Position numbers and translations under genes: made by a program | Shown here: piece after piece, positions 38,938-49,166 of the stretch | How positions within the stretch are numbered: the first letter of the stretch is position 1 | How the letters are laid out: each line of letters begins with the position of its first letter | NCBI GenBank assembly: GCA_965218295.1 | Contig: CBDCKN010000015.1 | Span: 256,001-320,000, forward strand | Origin: Longimicrobiales bacterium | Lineage (GTDB): Bacteria > Gemmatimonadota > Gemmatimonadetes > Longimicrobiales > Gaopeijiaceae | Reading direction: 5' to 3' | Length of the DNA stretch: 64,000 nucleotides | The notes under the pieces: generated by a model | Database searches by the model: none | The model's input: the letters and a program-made list of their open reading frames with translations, nothing else | Told to the model about the DNA's origin: nothing

Positions 38938-38981
38938 TCGGGGCACCCGGAGTCGAACCGGGGACCTCCTGCTCCCAAAGC
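38938..38981 (-). pseudogene. 3' half of tRNA-Pro(TGG), att-site-like
   Basis: Minus strand GCTTTGGGAGCAGGAGGTCCCCGGTTCGACTCCGGGTGCCCCGA: anticodon loop, T-arm and acceptor 3' strand; D-arm and 5' acceptor absent. Confidence 0.88.
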
Positions 38982-39221
38982 CATCGAAGCACGACAGGCT
39001 ACCGCAAAGAAGTGGACGACCCGCCATCCGCTGCTAAGACGGAGTTGGTGTGCGAGCCAAACGACGAGTTTATCTGGCTGCGCATCCATGCACCTGTCGA
39101 ACTTAGGCCACTTCTCGAGGAGGCGATCCGGCAGTCTCGCAAACCAAAGAGCCGCAGAGGTTGGGTATTCAGGAAGGCGCGCCGGCTGTTACCGCACCTC
39201 CTCACCAGCCCGATTCGAGTC

Positions 39222-39320
39222 ATGCCGGACTTTGTCATCATTGGCGCGGCGCGCTATGGAACCTCATCGCTGTACTTGTGGCTCACGAAACATCCGAATA
39301 TCGCCGCGACTCGCCGGGAC
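39222..39320 (+). pseudogene. Sulfotransferase N-terminal fragment
   Basis: PDFVIIGAARYGTSSLYLWLTKHPNI matches a degenerate 5'-PSB loop; truncated by the convergent GT gene. Confidence 0.7.
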
Positions 39321-40423
39321 TCAGTGGTCCCAAGTGCTGGACTTCGGACGCACCGGGACGGGCGGCCACGACTGCGCGCCCCGTTCGGAAAGCTCGCGGG
39401 TCCGGGCCGACGGCTGGGGTTCGCGTCGCTGCCAGTGTACGAGGTGCCCGAGCACGACGGCCAGTCCGCTCACGAAATAATACGTGAGGTGCAGCGGGAT
39501 CACGGCGAGCAAGAAACCCACACCGCGCCCGCGGTATATGAACCGGTAGAGATCCACGTTCAGGGCCATGATCGTCGCAAAGAGGAGCGGGATGATCCCG
39601 AGCGACTCCCACCGTCCGAGCAGGAGAACGAGCCCGGGGGTGACGCAGGCGAGGCCCAGCAGCGTCACGCAGACCTTTTCCTTGAACTTTATGTTGAGCT
39701 GATCCCCGCCCCCCCCTCGCGAAGTATGAGGGTCATCCAAGGGATGCCCCGGTGAAATAGGTCGCCGCAGAGAAGGTCGCGGAGAGTCCAGCCCTTCAGG
39801 TGCGTCCCTTGGATGGTGGGGTCGAGCAAAATCCGGTACCCCGCGTGGACGATGCGCCGTCCGAGTTCGATGTCTTCGATCTGGGGGCGCTCGTAACGCC
39901 ACTCGTCGTACTTGTCGACCTCCATGAAAACGTTTGCCCGCACGGCGCCCAGGCCCGCCCAAAACGTTCCGGCGTCGCCGGCACCCCGGTGATGATGGTA
40001 GTGGTGGAGGAGGTTCCGGTAGCGCGACACCACGCCTTGGGCCGGAGGCTGGTCGTCGTATGAACCGAAGACTGCGCCCAGATCGGGGTGCGCCCGGAAG
40101 CTCTCGGCGAACTGCCGCAGCGACGAGGCGTGGACACGGACGTCCGCGTCAACGAAGACCAGGACATCACTACGGCTTACCTCGAAGCCACGGTTGCGCG
40201 CAAACGCCAGTCCGTGGGCCTCGCCCGGCAGGCGAACCACGGTGTCGGCGTACTCGGCCGCGACCAGCGCCGTCCGATCCTGACTCGCGTCGTCGATGAC
40301 GATCAGCTCCCACTCCTCCTTCGGGAGGTCGCTGCGCCTGAGCACTCCGAGTGTATCGGGAAGGAGGGACTGGCCCTGGTGCGCCGGGACGATCACGGAG
40401 AGGAACGGGCGGCTCCGGCTCAC
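39321..40423 (-). pseudogene. Family 2 glycosyltransferase with TM tail, frameshifted in a G8 tract
   Basis: SVIVP, IDDAS.D, ARN.G, FVDADV, EDIELG; the TM tail continues in another frame after C8 at 39709-39716. Confidence 0.8.
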
Positions 40424-41168
40424 AGTGGCAGTCCAGTTCGGCCAAAACGCTGCGGATCCGGCGGGCACCAGCGCGCAGCCAGACGAATCGGCGGAAGCTC
40501 TCGGTTCCCCAACGCTCCAGGACGCCGTGCCGACGGAGGTAGAACGCGTCCAGCCGAGGAAGCTCGAAGCGGGATTCGGGCACGGAGCCCAGAAGTGCCA
40601 TTTCTGTCGTGACCGCAGTCGCGTAACCCGCGCTCTCGACAGCCTCCACGGTGTTGGCATCGTAACGGCCGTACGGGTAAGCGAATGCGGTTGGGAGCGT
40701 GCCGGTTTCTCCAGCAATCGCGTCGCAGCAGACCTCGAGCTCTGAGCTCAGGGGCGCGCCTGTGAGCGCGCGCAGGTCAGGGTGCGTGCGGGAGTGCCCT
40801 CCAAGCTCGACGCCCTCGCCAGCCAGCTCCGCAAGGGTCGATCAGTCCATCAACGGAAGGCGGGGGATACGCACGTCCCCCGAGTCCCAGCCGTTGTCCC
40901 GTCCGACCCGGTCGCTCACTACGAACACCGTGGCCGGCAAACGATGGGCGCGGAGGATTGGCCATGCGTCGGTCGCGAAGTTCTCGAAACCGTCGTCGAA
41001 GGTCAACGCGATCCCCTCCGCGCACTCCGGCTGAACCAAATCGGATAGGGGCCGTACCGGCACATTCGCGGCGCACAGCCATTCGACGTGGCGACGGAAC
41101 GTATCACGGTCGACCGAGATGACGGAGTCCGAGCCATCGATCGAGTGGTACGTGACGATAGCCTTCAT
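40420..41168 (-). pseudogene. Polysaccharide deacetylase with in-frame TGA
   Basis: TYHSI, LTFDDG, then LMD*(40842-40844)STL..GGHSRTHP..FAYPYG in the same frame; 3' end uncertain. Confidence 0.82.
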
Positions 41169-41185
41169 GACATCCTGGGCGGCCT

Positions 41186-41296
41186 TCAGGCCGAGGCCTC
41201 GGCATCGTCGATCCCCTCTGATTGGCCCTCCGGGATCTTGATCTCCTCGTGGTACTCGTAATCCGTGTTCACCAGCCAGACGTCATGGTCGGCCCC
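41186..41296 (-). pseudogene. C-terminal tail of a deleted gene (FAD-dependent oxidoreductase-like)
   Basis: GADHDVWLVNTDYEYHEE...* resembles the C-terminus of glycan-cluster FAD oxidoreductases; no start. Confidence 0.5.
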
Positions 41297-42150
41297 AGAA
41301 TCCGTCCCAGGTCGCTACATCCAGAACCCGGAGCCCGTCCATCCGATCGGGCAGCCGGTACAAATCGAGCGTCCCTCGGTGATCGAACATTCCGGGCGTG
41401 ACGATGCCGGCGCCGAGGTCGATCGTGTGATACCAGTCGACAGCTCCGATCTCCTGCCCGTCGAAAATCCCCAGTTCCGCGCGAAGGGCCCCTAGTCGAC
41501 TCTTGGCGTTCGGAACTTGCTCGGACGCCTGCCGCACCAGGTCGATCGCCTCTTGCTTTTGGCCAAGAGTGACCAAGGCGCGTCCGAGGAACTCATAGCA
41601 ATCTACCATTTCGGGTGCGACTTCGATTGCCCCTCGGAATGCTTCGACGGCATCGCTCAAGCGCACCCTCTTGAGGCAAGCCTGCCCGAGCCGGAAGTGG
41701 ACGGATGCCACATCTGGCTTCAGTTCGATGGCTCGCCGGCAGGCAGCAATCGCGTCGTCCCAACGGCCCAGCTCATATACAGCCTTCGCGTGTGCTTCGT
41801 GAGAGGCAAACGTATCGGGCGCCAACTCGATCGATCGCTCATACGCTTCCGCTGCCTCCTCCCACCGCGCCAGTGCCAGAAGCGCCATGCCGCGATATCC
41901 GTGAGCCTCTGCTTGGTCCGGCACGATTTCGGCGGCCTCCGTGAACGCGGTTTCCGCCTTACCCAAGGACCCTTGGTTCAGCCGGGCGATTCCGAGACCC
42001 TGGAGGCTTCCCCAACAGTTCGGGTCCCTTGCGATCAACCAACGTCTCAAATTGTGCAGCAGCTCGTTCCCATTGTTCGCTCTCCAGGAATTTGACACCA
42101 CGTTTTCTTCCTAAAGAAGCCAAAGAGCCATCCAGTCTGAACAGCTTCAT
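41283..42150 (-). pseudogene. TPR protein fused to a truncated methyltransferase domain
   Basis: About 5-6 TPR units, then WYHTIDLG..TPG..VLDVATWDGFW cut off; CAAC duplication at 42036-42043 breaks the N-terminus. Confidence 0.75.
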
Positions 42151-42630
42151 TCACGTGATCCCTTGGTATTGACAACCATGATTGCGACGAACGGCGTCCC
42201 TTCCGGGGACCTCGTGGGCGGACATGCCCACGGATGTCGAGGAAGTGTGACGAATGGGGGCGGCTCGGTCAAACGAACCCTAGAAGTCGTCCGGTCGCCC
42301 GCGCGTCATTCGACCCGCCCCCTTCGGCGCTGGATCTGACCCGCCTCGGCCAACAACGATGACGTCCCACTCCTCTCGCTCTGGATGCGTGGGGATGTAG
42401 TCGGCCACCGACATGTCAGGTTCTCCTCGCGACGCGAATCAGCCTGAGCGAAGTCGCCGACTATCCCCTCTGCGGATCGCTGCGGCTGGAGACACCAAGG
42501 CGAGAATCCAACAAATCCTGGACACTCGGCCCAAGGCCGCGTAGCCTCAGATCAATTTCGAATCAGGGCTGATAGCGTCTATGGACCTCGCTGCGACACC
42601 TGCTGACATCGACTCGAATGGAGACAACCT

Positions 42631-43248
42631 GTGATCATTGGTGAGTCTTTCGTCTGGATCCACTTTCCCAAGTGCGCTGGAACCACGACCACCGTGGTCC
42701 TACTGGAAAACTTCGCGACAGACCCGACAGTTGAGTTCGACGCGACCGACACCGGCGATGCGCTCTGGCACGAGACCGTCCGTGAGCGGGAGCAGAGAAA
42801 GCAGATTTCGTTGGACGGCAAGGATGTGCTTGCCAACACCCGAAGGTTGCCCGCCTTCGTGGTGAGCAAGATTCAATTCACCCAAGCGCTCAATCCCAAG
42901 ATCCAGCACACGAGAGAACATTACTTGACCGGCCGGTTTTTCGAAGCAGACGGGTTCGAGAGCTCGGCCGACTTTCTCCTCGGGCACTACGATGCCGACC
43001 GTGTGTCGCATTGGCTCAGGACCGAGCACCTGAAAGACGACTTCGTCTCCGTGTTTTCCCGGTATCTGGACCTGGACGGCAAGAACTTGTCGACGTTCTC
43101 GGACCACATCAACTCGATGCCGTACGACCGGGACATCGTCAAGTGGTACTCCCGCGAGGAAATGGCGGAGCTCTACCGCCTCAACCGGCGCTGGAGCGCG
43201 GTCGAGCGACGCGTCTACGGAAACCTCCTGTACGAGGAGATCTATTGA
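42631..43248 (+). CDS. Sulfotransferase-like protein
   Basis: WIHFPKCAGTT resembles the HIPKTAGTS motif; R.EHL.DDF; GGAG RBS. Confidence 0.65.
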   Translation: MIIGESFVWIHFPKCAGTTTTVVLLENFATDPTVEFDATDTGDALWHETVREREQRKQISLDGKDVLANTRRLPAFVVSKIQFTQALNPKIQHTREHYLTGRFFEADGFESSADFLLGHYDADRVSHWLRTEHLKDDFVSVFSRYLDLDGKNLSTFSDHINSMPYDRDIVKWYSREEMAELYRLNRRWSAVERRVYGNLLYEEIY

Positions 43249-43442
43249 GCTTTCCGCATCGCGCGAACAGCTTCTACCCGTGAACCATTGGCGACCAGCT
43301 CTAGTACTTCGCATTCCGGCAGAATGGCCGCTTCGTAGTTTGTGACATCCGCTCGGCCGATCCTTGCATGGGCGGACGGCGAGCGTGCACCTTGCCTGGG
43401 CACGGCCTCGCGATAGCCTGACTATCCGTCACGAGGACCCTC

Positions 43443-44457
43443 ATGTCGAAGAAGCGAGCGTTCATTACCGGTATCACGGGCCAGGACGGCAGCTACCTGG
43501 CCGAGCATCTGCTCGAACAGGGCTACGAAGTCCACGGGCTCGTCCGACGCGTCGCCCAAGAGGACCCGTCACGACGCCTGGGACGCGTCGCTCACCTGAC
43601 GGACCGCGTGACGCTGCATCCGGGTGGTCTCGAGATCTTTGCTTCTATCTATCGGATCTTCGCGGATAACGACTTCCATGAATGTTTTCACCTCGCGGGC
43701 CAGAGCTTCGTCGCTGAGAGCTTCGAGGACAGCTTCTCGACCATGGATATCAATGCGTCCGGAACGCATTTTGTTCTGGAAGCGTTACGTCAGTTGCGGC
43801 CGGAGTGTCGCTTCTACTTCGCCGGTTCATCGGAGATGTTCGGTAAGGCGGTGGAGTCGCCGCAAACCGAGACGACGCGCTTCCACCCCCGCAGCCCGTA
43901 CGGGATCAGCAAGGTCACCGGCTTCCACCTGACACGGAACTATCGCGAGAGCTATGGGCTGTTCTGCTGCTCAGGGATTCTCTTCAACCACGAGAGCCCG
44001 CGCCGCGGCCTCGAGTTCGTGACGCGGAAAATCACGTCGACGGCCGTGAAGCATCAAGCTAGGTCTTGCTGACAAGCTCTACCTGGGCAACCTCGACGCG
44101 CGACGCGACTGGGGTCACGCCGCGGACTACGTGAAGGCCATGCACCTCATGCTGCAGCAGGACGAGCCGGACGACTACGTCGTCGCGACTGGCGAGACGC
44201 ACTCGGTGCGGGAGTTCTGCGACGTCGCGTTCTCGGAACTGGATCTCGACTACAACGACTACGTCGAAGTCGACCCGCGCTTCTACCGCCCGGTCGACGT
44301 CGAACTGCTCGTGGGCGATGCTTCCAAGGCCCGAGAGAAGCTCGGCTGGGAGCCACAGACGAGGTTCGCCGGACTCGTGCGCAAGATGATCGCCTCCGAC
44401 ATGGAGCAACTCGCCTCCACCCTCACCAAGACCACCTCACAACGCCTCGATGACTAG
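43443..44457 (+). pseudogene. gmd: GDP-mannose 4,6-dehydratase, frameshifted at about 44050
   Basis: [60 protein letters not shown] continues in another frame. Confidence 0.88.
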
Positions 44458-44587
44458 CGGCCCCGAAGGTCTTCATCCTGGCCCAGGCACCGAAGCACCA
44501 GGACGACGCCCTTCACGGGAAGGTCCACACGGTCCCTCAAGGGTAGAAGACGGGCTCTGGCGATCGGCCTGACTGTCGGCTCCATCG

Positions 44588-45133
44588 TCAGCCTGGCCGG
44601 GGCCGGACTGACGGCCTCCTCACGCCCGGCGGGTCGAAGACCACCTTCGCTTGCTCTCCCACCTGGATGCCCCTCTCCGCGAACCACCCCTTCCGGACCT
44701 CGAGGGCGAACATGGCGGGTGCGGTGCTGTTGTAGAGGTCCTCCGTCTGCGGCTCCATCTGCTGGATATCCACGATCCGGAAGCTCACATCGAGGAAGGC
44801 GATGTCGAGAGCGATGTAGGTGTCCTTCATCCAGAAGGAGCGATACTCCTCGCTCTCGAACACGAAGAGCATGCCGCTCCCGTCCGGCAGCTCGTCGCGG
44901 AACCGGAGGCCGTCATTGCGCTCGGTAGGGGTATCCATCACCTCGGCCAGAACGGTGTCGGCGTCGAAGACGATGAGGGCGACCTCCGGCCGTGGGTCGA
45001 TCGCTGCGCTCGCGACCCGCTGCGCCGTCGAGAGCACGTCCGCCGGTGGGAACCCGCCCGCCGCGGGACTCGAGCCCGACGCCGGAAGAAGCGTCCACGC
45101 CGCTGCGCCAAGGATGATCGCGAACGCCCTCAT
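44588..45133 (-). CDS. DUF192 domain protein
   Basis: GL.FR..L....GMLFVF....SFWMKDT.I.LDIAF, ALEV. Confidence 0.9.
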   Translation of the reverse strand: MRAFAIILGAAAWTLLPASGSSPAAGGFPPADVLSTAQRVASAAIDPRPEVALIVFDADTVLAEVMDTPTERNDGLRFRDELPDGSGMLFVFESEEYRSFWMKDTYIALDIAFLDVSFRIVDIQQMEPQTEDLYNSTAPAMFALEVRKGWFAERGIQVGEQAKVVFDPPGVRRPSVRPRPG

Positions 45134-45250
45134 GTCACTCCACGTTGTGAACCGACTCCCCAATCAAGGCCGATGCTGATAGTTTATCGGACTGCATACC
45201 AATCGGTGAGCGGTCCGCATTCAATACCGGTGCTTAACAAAGGCGTTCCC

Positions 45251-45508
45251 ATGGTTGATCCTGAGTTGCTGGAGATCCTGGTCTGCCCGGAGACGCGGCA
45301 GCCGGTGAGGCCCGCGGATGCCGACCTGCTGGAGCGGCTCAACACAGCCATCCGGTCCGGTCAGGTGGCCAACCGTGGCGGCGATGCGGTAGAAGATCCG
45401 GTAGACGAGGGCTTGGTCCGCGAGGACGGGAAGGTGCTGTACCCGGTCCGCGAAGACATTCCTATCATGCTCATCGACGAGGCCATCGAGGTCGATCACC
45501 TTCCTTGA
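45251..45508 (+). CDS. Trm112/YcaR-like protein
   Basis: LLEILVCP...YPVREDIPIML.DEA. Confidence 0.88.
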   Translation: MVDPELLEILVCPETRQPVRPADADLLERLNTAIRSGQVANRGGDAVEDPVDEGLVREDGKVLYPVREDIPIMLIDEAIEVDHLP

Positions 45509-45552
45509 CGCTCTACCGCCTTGGACGAGTACCAGCTAGCCAAGACATCGAG

Positions 45553-46710
45553 ATGAAGTTCCCAACTTCGGCTCGGTCCGCACTGAGGACCGCGCTGCGC
45601 CCTCCCAGAGCCGGCTACGCGCTGGTCCTGATGGCGACGCTTCTCGCCGCCGCGTGCCAGGGCGAGTACCCCCAGACCACCCTCGATCCGAAGACCGACT
45701 TCGCGGAGACGATCCACTCGCTCTACGTGAGCGTGTTCTGGTGGACCATGCTCATCCTGGCGTTGGTCTGGTCGGTTCTCGCGTACGTGGTGGTCAAGTT
45801 CCGGGAGAACCCGGACCGGCCGCATCCGAGGCAGGTTCACGGCCATCTGGGCATGGAGATCGCCTGGACCATCGCGCCCGCCCTTATTGTCGTAGCCATC
45901 GCCATACCCGCCATCCGAGCCGTATTCCGCACGCAGACTCCTCCTGCCGCCGACGAGGGCGCTCTCGTGGTGGAGGTCGTGGGGCATCAGTACTGGTGGG
46001 AGTTCCGGTATCCCGAGCTGAGGGTGACGACCGCGAACGAGATGCATCTCCCGGTGGGCCGGCCCATCACCCTCAAGATGTCGTCGGTAGACGTCATCCA
46101 CTCGTTCTGGGTGCCGCAGCTGGGCGGCAAGCGCGACGTGAACCCCCTGCGCAGGGTGCCCGAGGGCCAGGAGGCCCGGTACAACTGGCTGTACTTCACC
46201 ATCAATGAAGAAGGCACCTTCCTGGGGCAGTGCGCCGAGTTCTGCGGCGAGGCCCACTCGCTCATGCGAACCCGTGTGGTGGCCGAGTCCCAGGCCGACT
46301 TCGACGCCTGGGTCGACACGTGGCAGACCCCCGGGCCCACGGCGAACGCGCCGGCCGTAGACCCCACCACGGGTCAGCCCGTGGTCCAAGAGGATCCTTT
46401 GGTGACCGAGGGCCGGACCGTCTTCTTCTTCTTCCAGTCCACCTGCATCGCGTGTCACTCGATCCACGGGACGCCGGCCCAGGGCATCATCGGGCCGAAC
46501 CTGACACGCCTCGGCAGCCGGAGCACCATCGGCGCCGGGCTCCTCGCGAACACCCCGGAGAATCTCTTCCGGTGGATCAGCGCACCCCATGAAGTGAAGC
46601 CCGGCGCACGGATGCCCGGAGCGCAGGTGGGCGGGGGAGGCTTCCCCGCCACGAACCTGTCGGAGGATCAGGTCCGGGCCATCGCAGCCTACTTGAGTAG
46701 CCTTCGGTAG
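45553..46710 (+). CDS. ctaC: Cytochrome c oxidase subunit II with fused cytochrome c (caa3-type)
   Basis: Lipobox LAAAC, DVIHSFW, CAEFCGEAHSLM CuA site, CIACH heme c. Confidence 0.94.
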   Translation: MKFPTSARSALRTALRPPRAGYALVLMATLLAAACQGEYPQTTLDPKTDFAETIHSLYVSVFWWTMLILALVWSVLAYVVVKFRENPDRPHPRQVHGHLGMEIAWTIAPALIVVAIAIPAIRAVFRTQTPPAADEGALVVEVVGHQYWWEFRYPELRVTTANEMHLPVGRPITLKMSSVDVIHSFWVPQLGGKRDVNPLRRVPEGQEARYNWLYFTINEEGTFLGQCAEFCGEAHSLMRTRVVAESQADFDAWVDTWQTPGPTANAPAVDPTTGQPVVQEDPLVTEGRTVFFFFQSTCIACHSIHGTPAQGIIGPNLTRLGSRSTIGAGLLANTPENLFRWISAPHEVKPGARMPGAQVGGGGFPATNLSEDQVRAIAAYLSSLR

Positions 46711-46733
46711 ACGTCGGGTGAGACCGAATAGAA

Positions 46734-48533
46734 ATGTCTGAAGCTCATAGCACCGGCATCTGGAGCTGGATCACAACCGTCGATCACAAGCGGATCGGCG
46801 TGATGTACTTCGTCGCCTCCCTGGTCTTCCTGATCATCGGAGGGATCGAGGCGATCATGATCCGGATTCAGCTCTGGCGGCCAGAGAACGACTTCGTCAC
46901 GCCGGAGACCTACAACCAACTGTTCACGATGCATGGCACCACCATGATCTTCCTGGTCGCCATGCCGCTCGCTGTGGCGTTCTTCAACTACGTGGTCCCG
47001 CTCCAGATCGGAGCTCGGGACGTCGCCTTTCCACGCATGAACGCCCTCTCGTTCTGGGTGTTCCTCTTGGGAGGCATCTTTCTGAACTCGAGCTGGCTCT
47101 TCGGGATGGCTCCCAACACGAGCTGGGTCGGGTACGCGAACCTGACGTCGAGCCAATTCTCGCCTGGCCACAACGTGGATTTCTGGATGTTGGGCCTCTC
47201 GATTCTGGGTGTGAGCTCGATCATGGGCGGGGTGAACTTCATCACCACGATCGTCAACCTCAGGGCGTCCGGCATGAAGCTCATGCGCATGCCCTTGATG
47301 ACGTGGATGACCCTGGTCACCAGCTTCATTATCGTGACCGCTCTTCCCGTCATCGCGGTGGCCCTGATCCTCCTGCTCTTCGACCGGTTCTTCGGGGCCA
47401 ACTTCTACGTTCCCACGGCGGGCGGCGACCCGGTCCTCTGGCAGCACCTCTTCTGGCTCTTCGGACACCCGGAGGTCTACCTCCTGATCCTCCCGTCCTT
47501 CGGGATCGTCTCCGACGTCATTCCGACCTTCTCCAGGAAGCCCCTGTTCGGCTACCCGGTGGTGGTCTACGCCGGAATCCTCATCGGATTCATCGGCTGG
47601 GGAGTCTGGAGCCACCACATGTTCACGACGGGCCTCGGCCCCATCGCCGACGCCTTCTTCGTCGCCTCCACTATGATCATCGCCATTCCTACGGCGGTGA
47701 AGATCTTCAACTGGATCGCGACCATGTGGGGCGGTCAGATCCGGTTCACGACGCCTATGCTCTACTGCATCGGCCTCATCGCCATCTTCACGGTGGGCGG
47801 GCTGAGCGGCATCATGCACGCCTCGGCTCCCGTCGATCTCCAGCAGCACGACACCTACTTTGTGGTGGCGCACTTCCACTATGTGATAGCCGGCGGGGTC
47901 CTGGCGGGGATGTTCGCAGGGATCCACTACTGGTTCCCCAAGGTGACGGGGCGGATGATGAGCGTGGCGCTGGGACGGCTGAGCTTCTGGACCTACTTCA
48001 TCGGGTTCAACCTCACCTTCTTCCCCATGCACCTGAGCGGGATGTACGGGATGCCACGGCGTACCTGGACCTACGCCGCCGAGCTCAACATCGAGGGGTT
48101 CAACGAGCTCTCGACCATCGGCGCCTTCGTATTCGCGTTCAGCGCCCTGGTCATGGTGTGGAACATCGTATGGAGCGCCGTGAAGGGCGCCGAAGCCGGA
48201 CCGAATCCCTGGGGTGCGTCGACGCTGGAGTGGTCGATCCCGTCGCCCCCGCACCACTACAACTTTCCCGAGATCCCCACCATCCGGAGCCGGGAGCCGC
48301 TCTGGCACGAAGACGAGAAGAGGGAGCTCGAGGTGGTGGTCACGCAGATCCCCGACGTCGAGCCGGTCATGCCCAACGGGTCGTACTGGCCGATCCTGAC
48401 GGCTCTGGGTGTGGTCGCGACCTGGGGCGTCCTCCTGACGGGGATCTGGTGGGCACCCCTGGCCGGATTGGCGTACACGATGTTCTGCGTATTCAACTGG
48501 GCGTTCGAAGACCCGTTCGCCCAGAGGGGATGA
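46734..48533 (+). CDS. ctaD: Cytochrome c oxidase subunit I, A1 type
   Basis: DHKRIG, TMHG, FGHPEVY, WSHH, HDTYFVVAHFHY, PRR. Confidence 0.96.
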   Translation: MSEAHSTGIWSWITTVDHKRIGVMYFVASLVFLIIGGIEAIMIRIQLWRPENDFVTPETYNQLFTMHGTTMIFLVAMPLAVAFFNYVVPLQIGARDVAFPRMNALSFWVFLLGGIFLNSSWLFGMAPNTSWVGYANLTSSQFSPGHNVDFWMLGLSILGVSSIMGGVNFITTIVNLRASGMKLMRMPLMTWMTLVTSFIIVTALPVIAVALILLLFDRFFGANFYVPTAGGDPVLWQHLFWLFGHPEVYLLILPSFGIVSDVIPTFSRKPLFGYPVVVYAGILIGFIGWGVWSHHMFTTGLGPIADAFFVASTMIIAIPTAVKIFNWIATMWGGQIRFTTPMLYCIGLIAIFTVGGLSGIMHASAPVDLQQHDTYFVVAHFHYVIAGGVLAGMFAGIHYWFPKVTGRMMSVALGRLSFWTYFIGFNLTFFPMHLSGMYGMPRRTWTYAAELNIEGFNELSTIGAFVFAFSALVMVWNIVWSAVKGAEAGPNPWGASTLEWSIPSPPHHYNFPEIPTIRSREPLWHEDEKRELEVVVTQIPDVEPVMPNGSYWPILTALGVVATWGVLLTGIWWAPLAGLAYTMFCVFNWAFEDPFAQRG

Positions 48534-48541
48534 TTCGATAG

Positions 48542-49135
48542 ATGGCCGAGGCGGTTGCCGTGCAGGACCACTACTACACGTCCACGGGCCTGGACAGTTG
48601 GAAGGTCGGCTTCTGGGCGTTCATGGGTTCGGAGTGTCTGTTTTTCGGGACGCTGATCACCACGTACATGGTGTACAAGGGCGCCAGCGTCAGCGGGCCC
48701 TTCCCGGAAGAGATCCTCAACATCCCGCTCACGAGTATCAGCACCTTCGTGCTCCTCATGAGCTCCACGGCCATGGTGCTGGCCCTGGACCAGGTGCGGA
48801 AGGGCAACAAGAGGAACACCCTCATCTCGCTGGCGGGCGTGATCGTCTTGGGCTCCATTTTTCTGGGATTCCAGGTCTACGAGTTCACCCACTTCGTCCA
48901 CGAGGGGCTCACGATCCAGCAGAACGTGTTCGGATCGTCGTTCTTCGTGCTCACGGGCTTCCACGGGGCGCATGTCACGGTGGGCGTGATCTGGATGGCG
49001 ACGCTCTTCATCCGGTCGCTCATGAACAAGCTGCCGCCGGCCAAGGCGCTCCAGGTCGAGATCGCGGGGTTGTACTGGCACTTCGTGGACATCGTCTGGA
49101 TCGTGATCTTCACCCTCGTTTACCTGATTCAGTAG
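48542..49135 (+). CDS. ctaE: Cytochrome c oxidase subunit III
   Basis: SECLFF, TGFHGAHV, LYWHFVD. Confidence 0.94.
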   Translation: MAEAVAVQDHYYTSTGLDSWKVGFWAFMGSECLFFGTLITTYMVYKGASVSGPFPEEILNIPLTSISTFVLLMSSTAMVLALDQVRKGNKRNTLISLAGVIVLGSIFLGFQVYEFTHFVHEGLTIQQNVFGSSFFVLTGFHGAHVTVGVIWMATLFIRSLMNKLPPAKALQVEIAGLYWHFVDIVWIVIFTLVYLIQ

Positions 49136-49166
49136 AATCAGCAGCCTACTTGGAGCAGAGAGAGTC

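Larger units (their letters stand above)
34719..44460. mobile_element. Degraded genomic island(s)
   Basis: Accessory gene content, visibly more A/T-rich codons and spacers, internal tRNA-Pro 3'-half, clustered pseudogenes; no integrase seen; boundaries approximate. Confidence 0.6.

Noticed and set aside
38938..38981. Functional tRNA-Pro
   Set aside because: The 5' acceptor strand and D-arm are absent; upstream sequence cannot pair with TGCCCCG
38919..39755. 278-aa ORF as a real gene
   Set aside because: It strings together antisense tRNA sequence, a sulfotransferase stub and the antisense of the GT gene
40842..40844. Selenocysteine or TGA=Trp recoding
   Set aside because: The position corresponds to Trp, not Cys, and TGA is a normal stop throughout the window
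42160..42620. Possible ncRNA or IS end in the long spacer
   Set aside because: No terminal inverted repeats, transposase fragment or known RNA motif recognisable by eye
46422..46434. (TTC)4 run in cox subunit II as a lesion
   Set aside because: In frame (FFFF); the heme c motif follows intact
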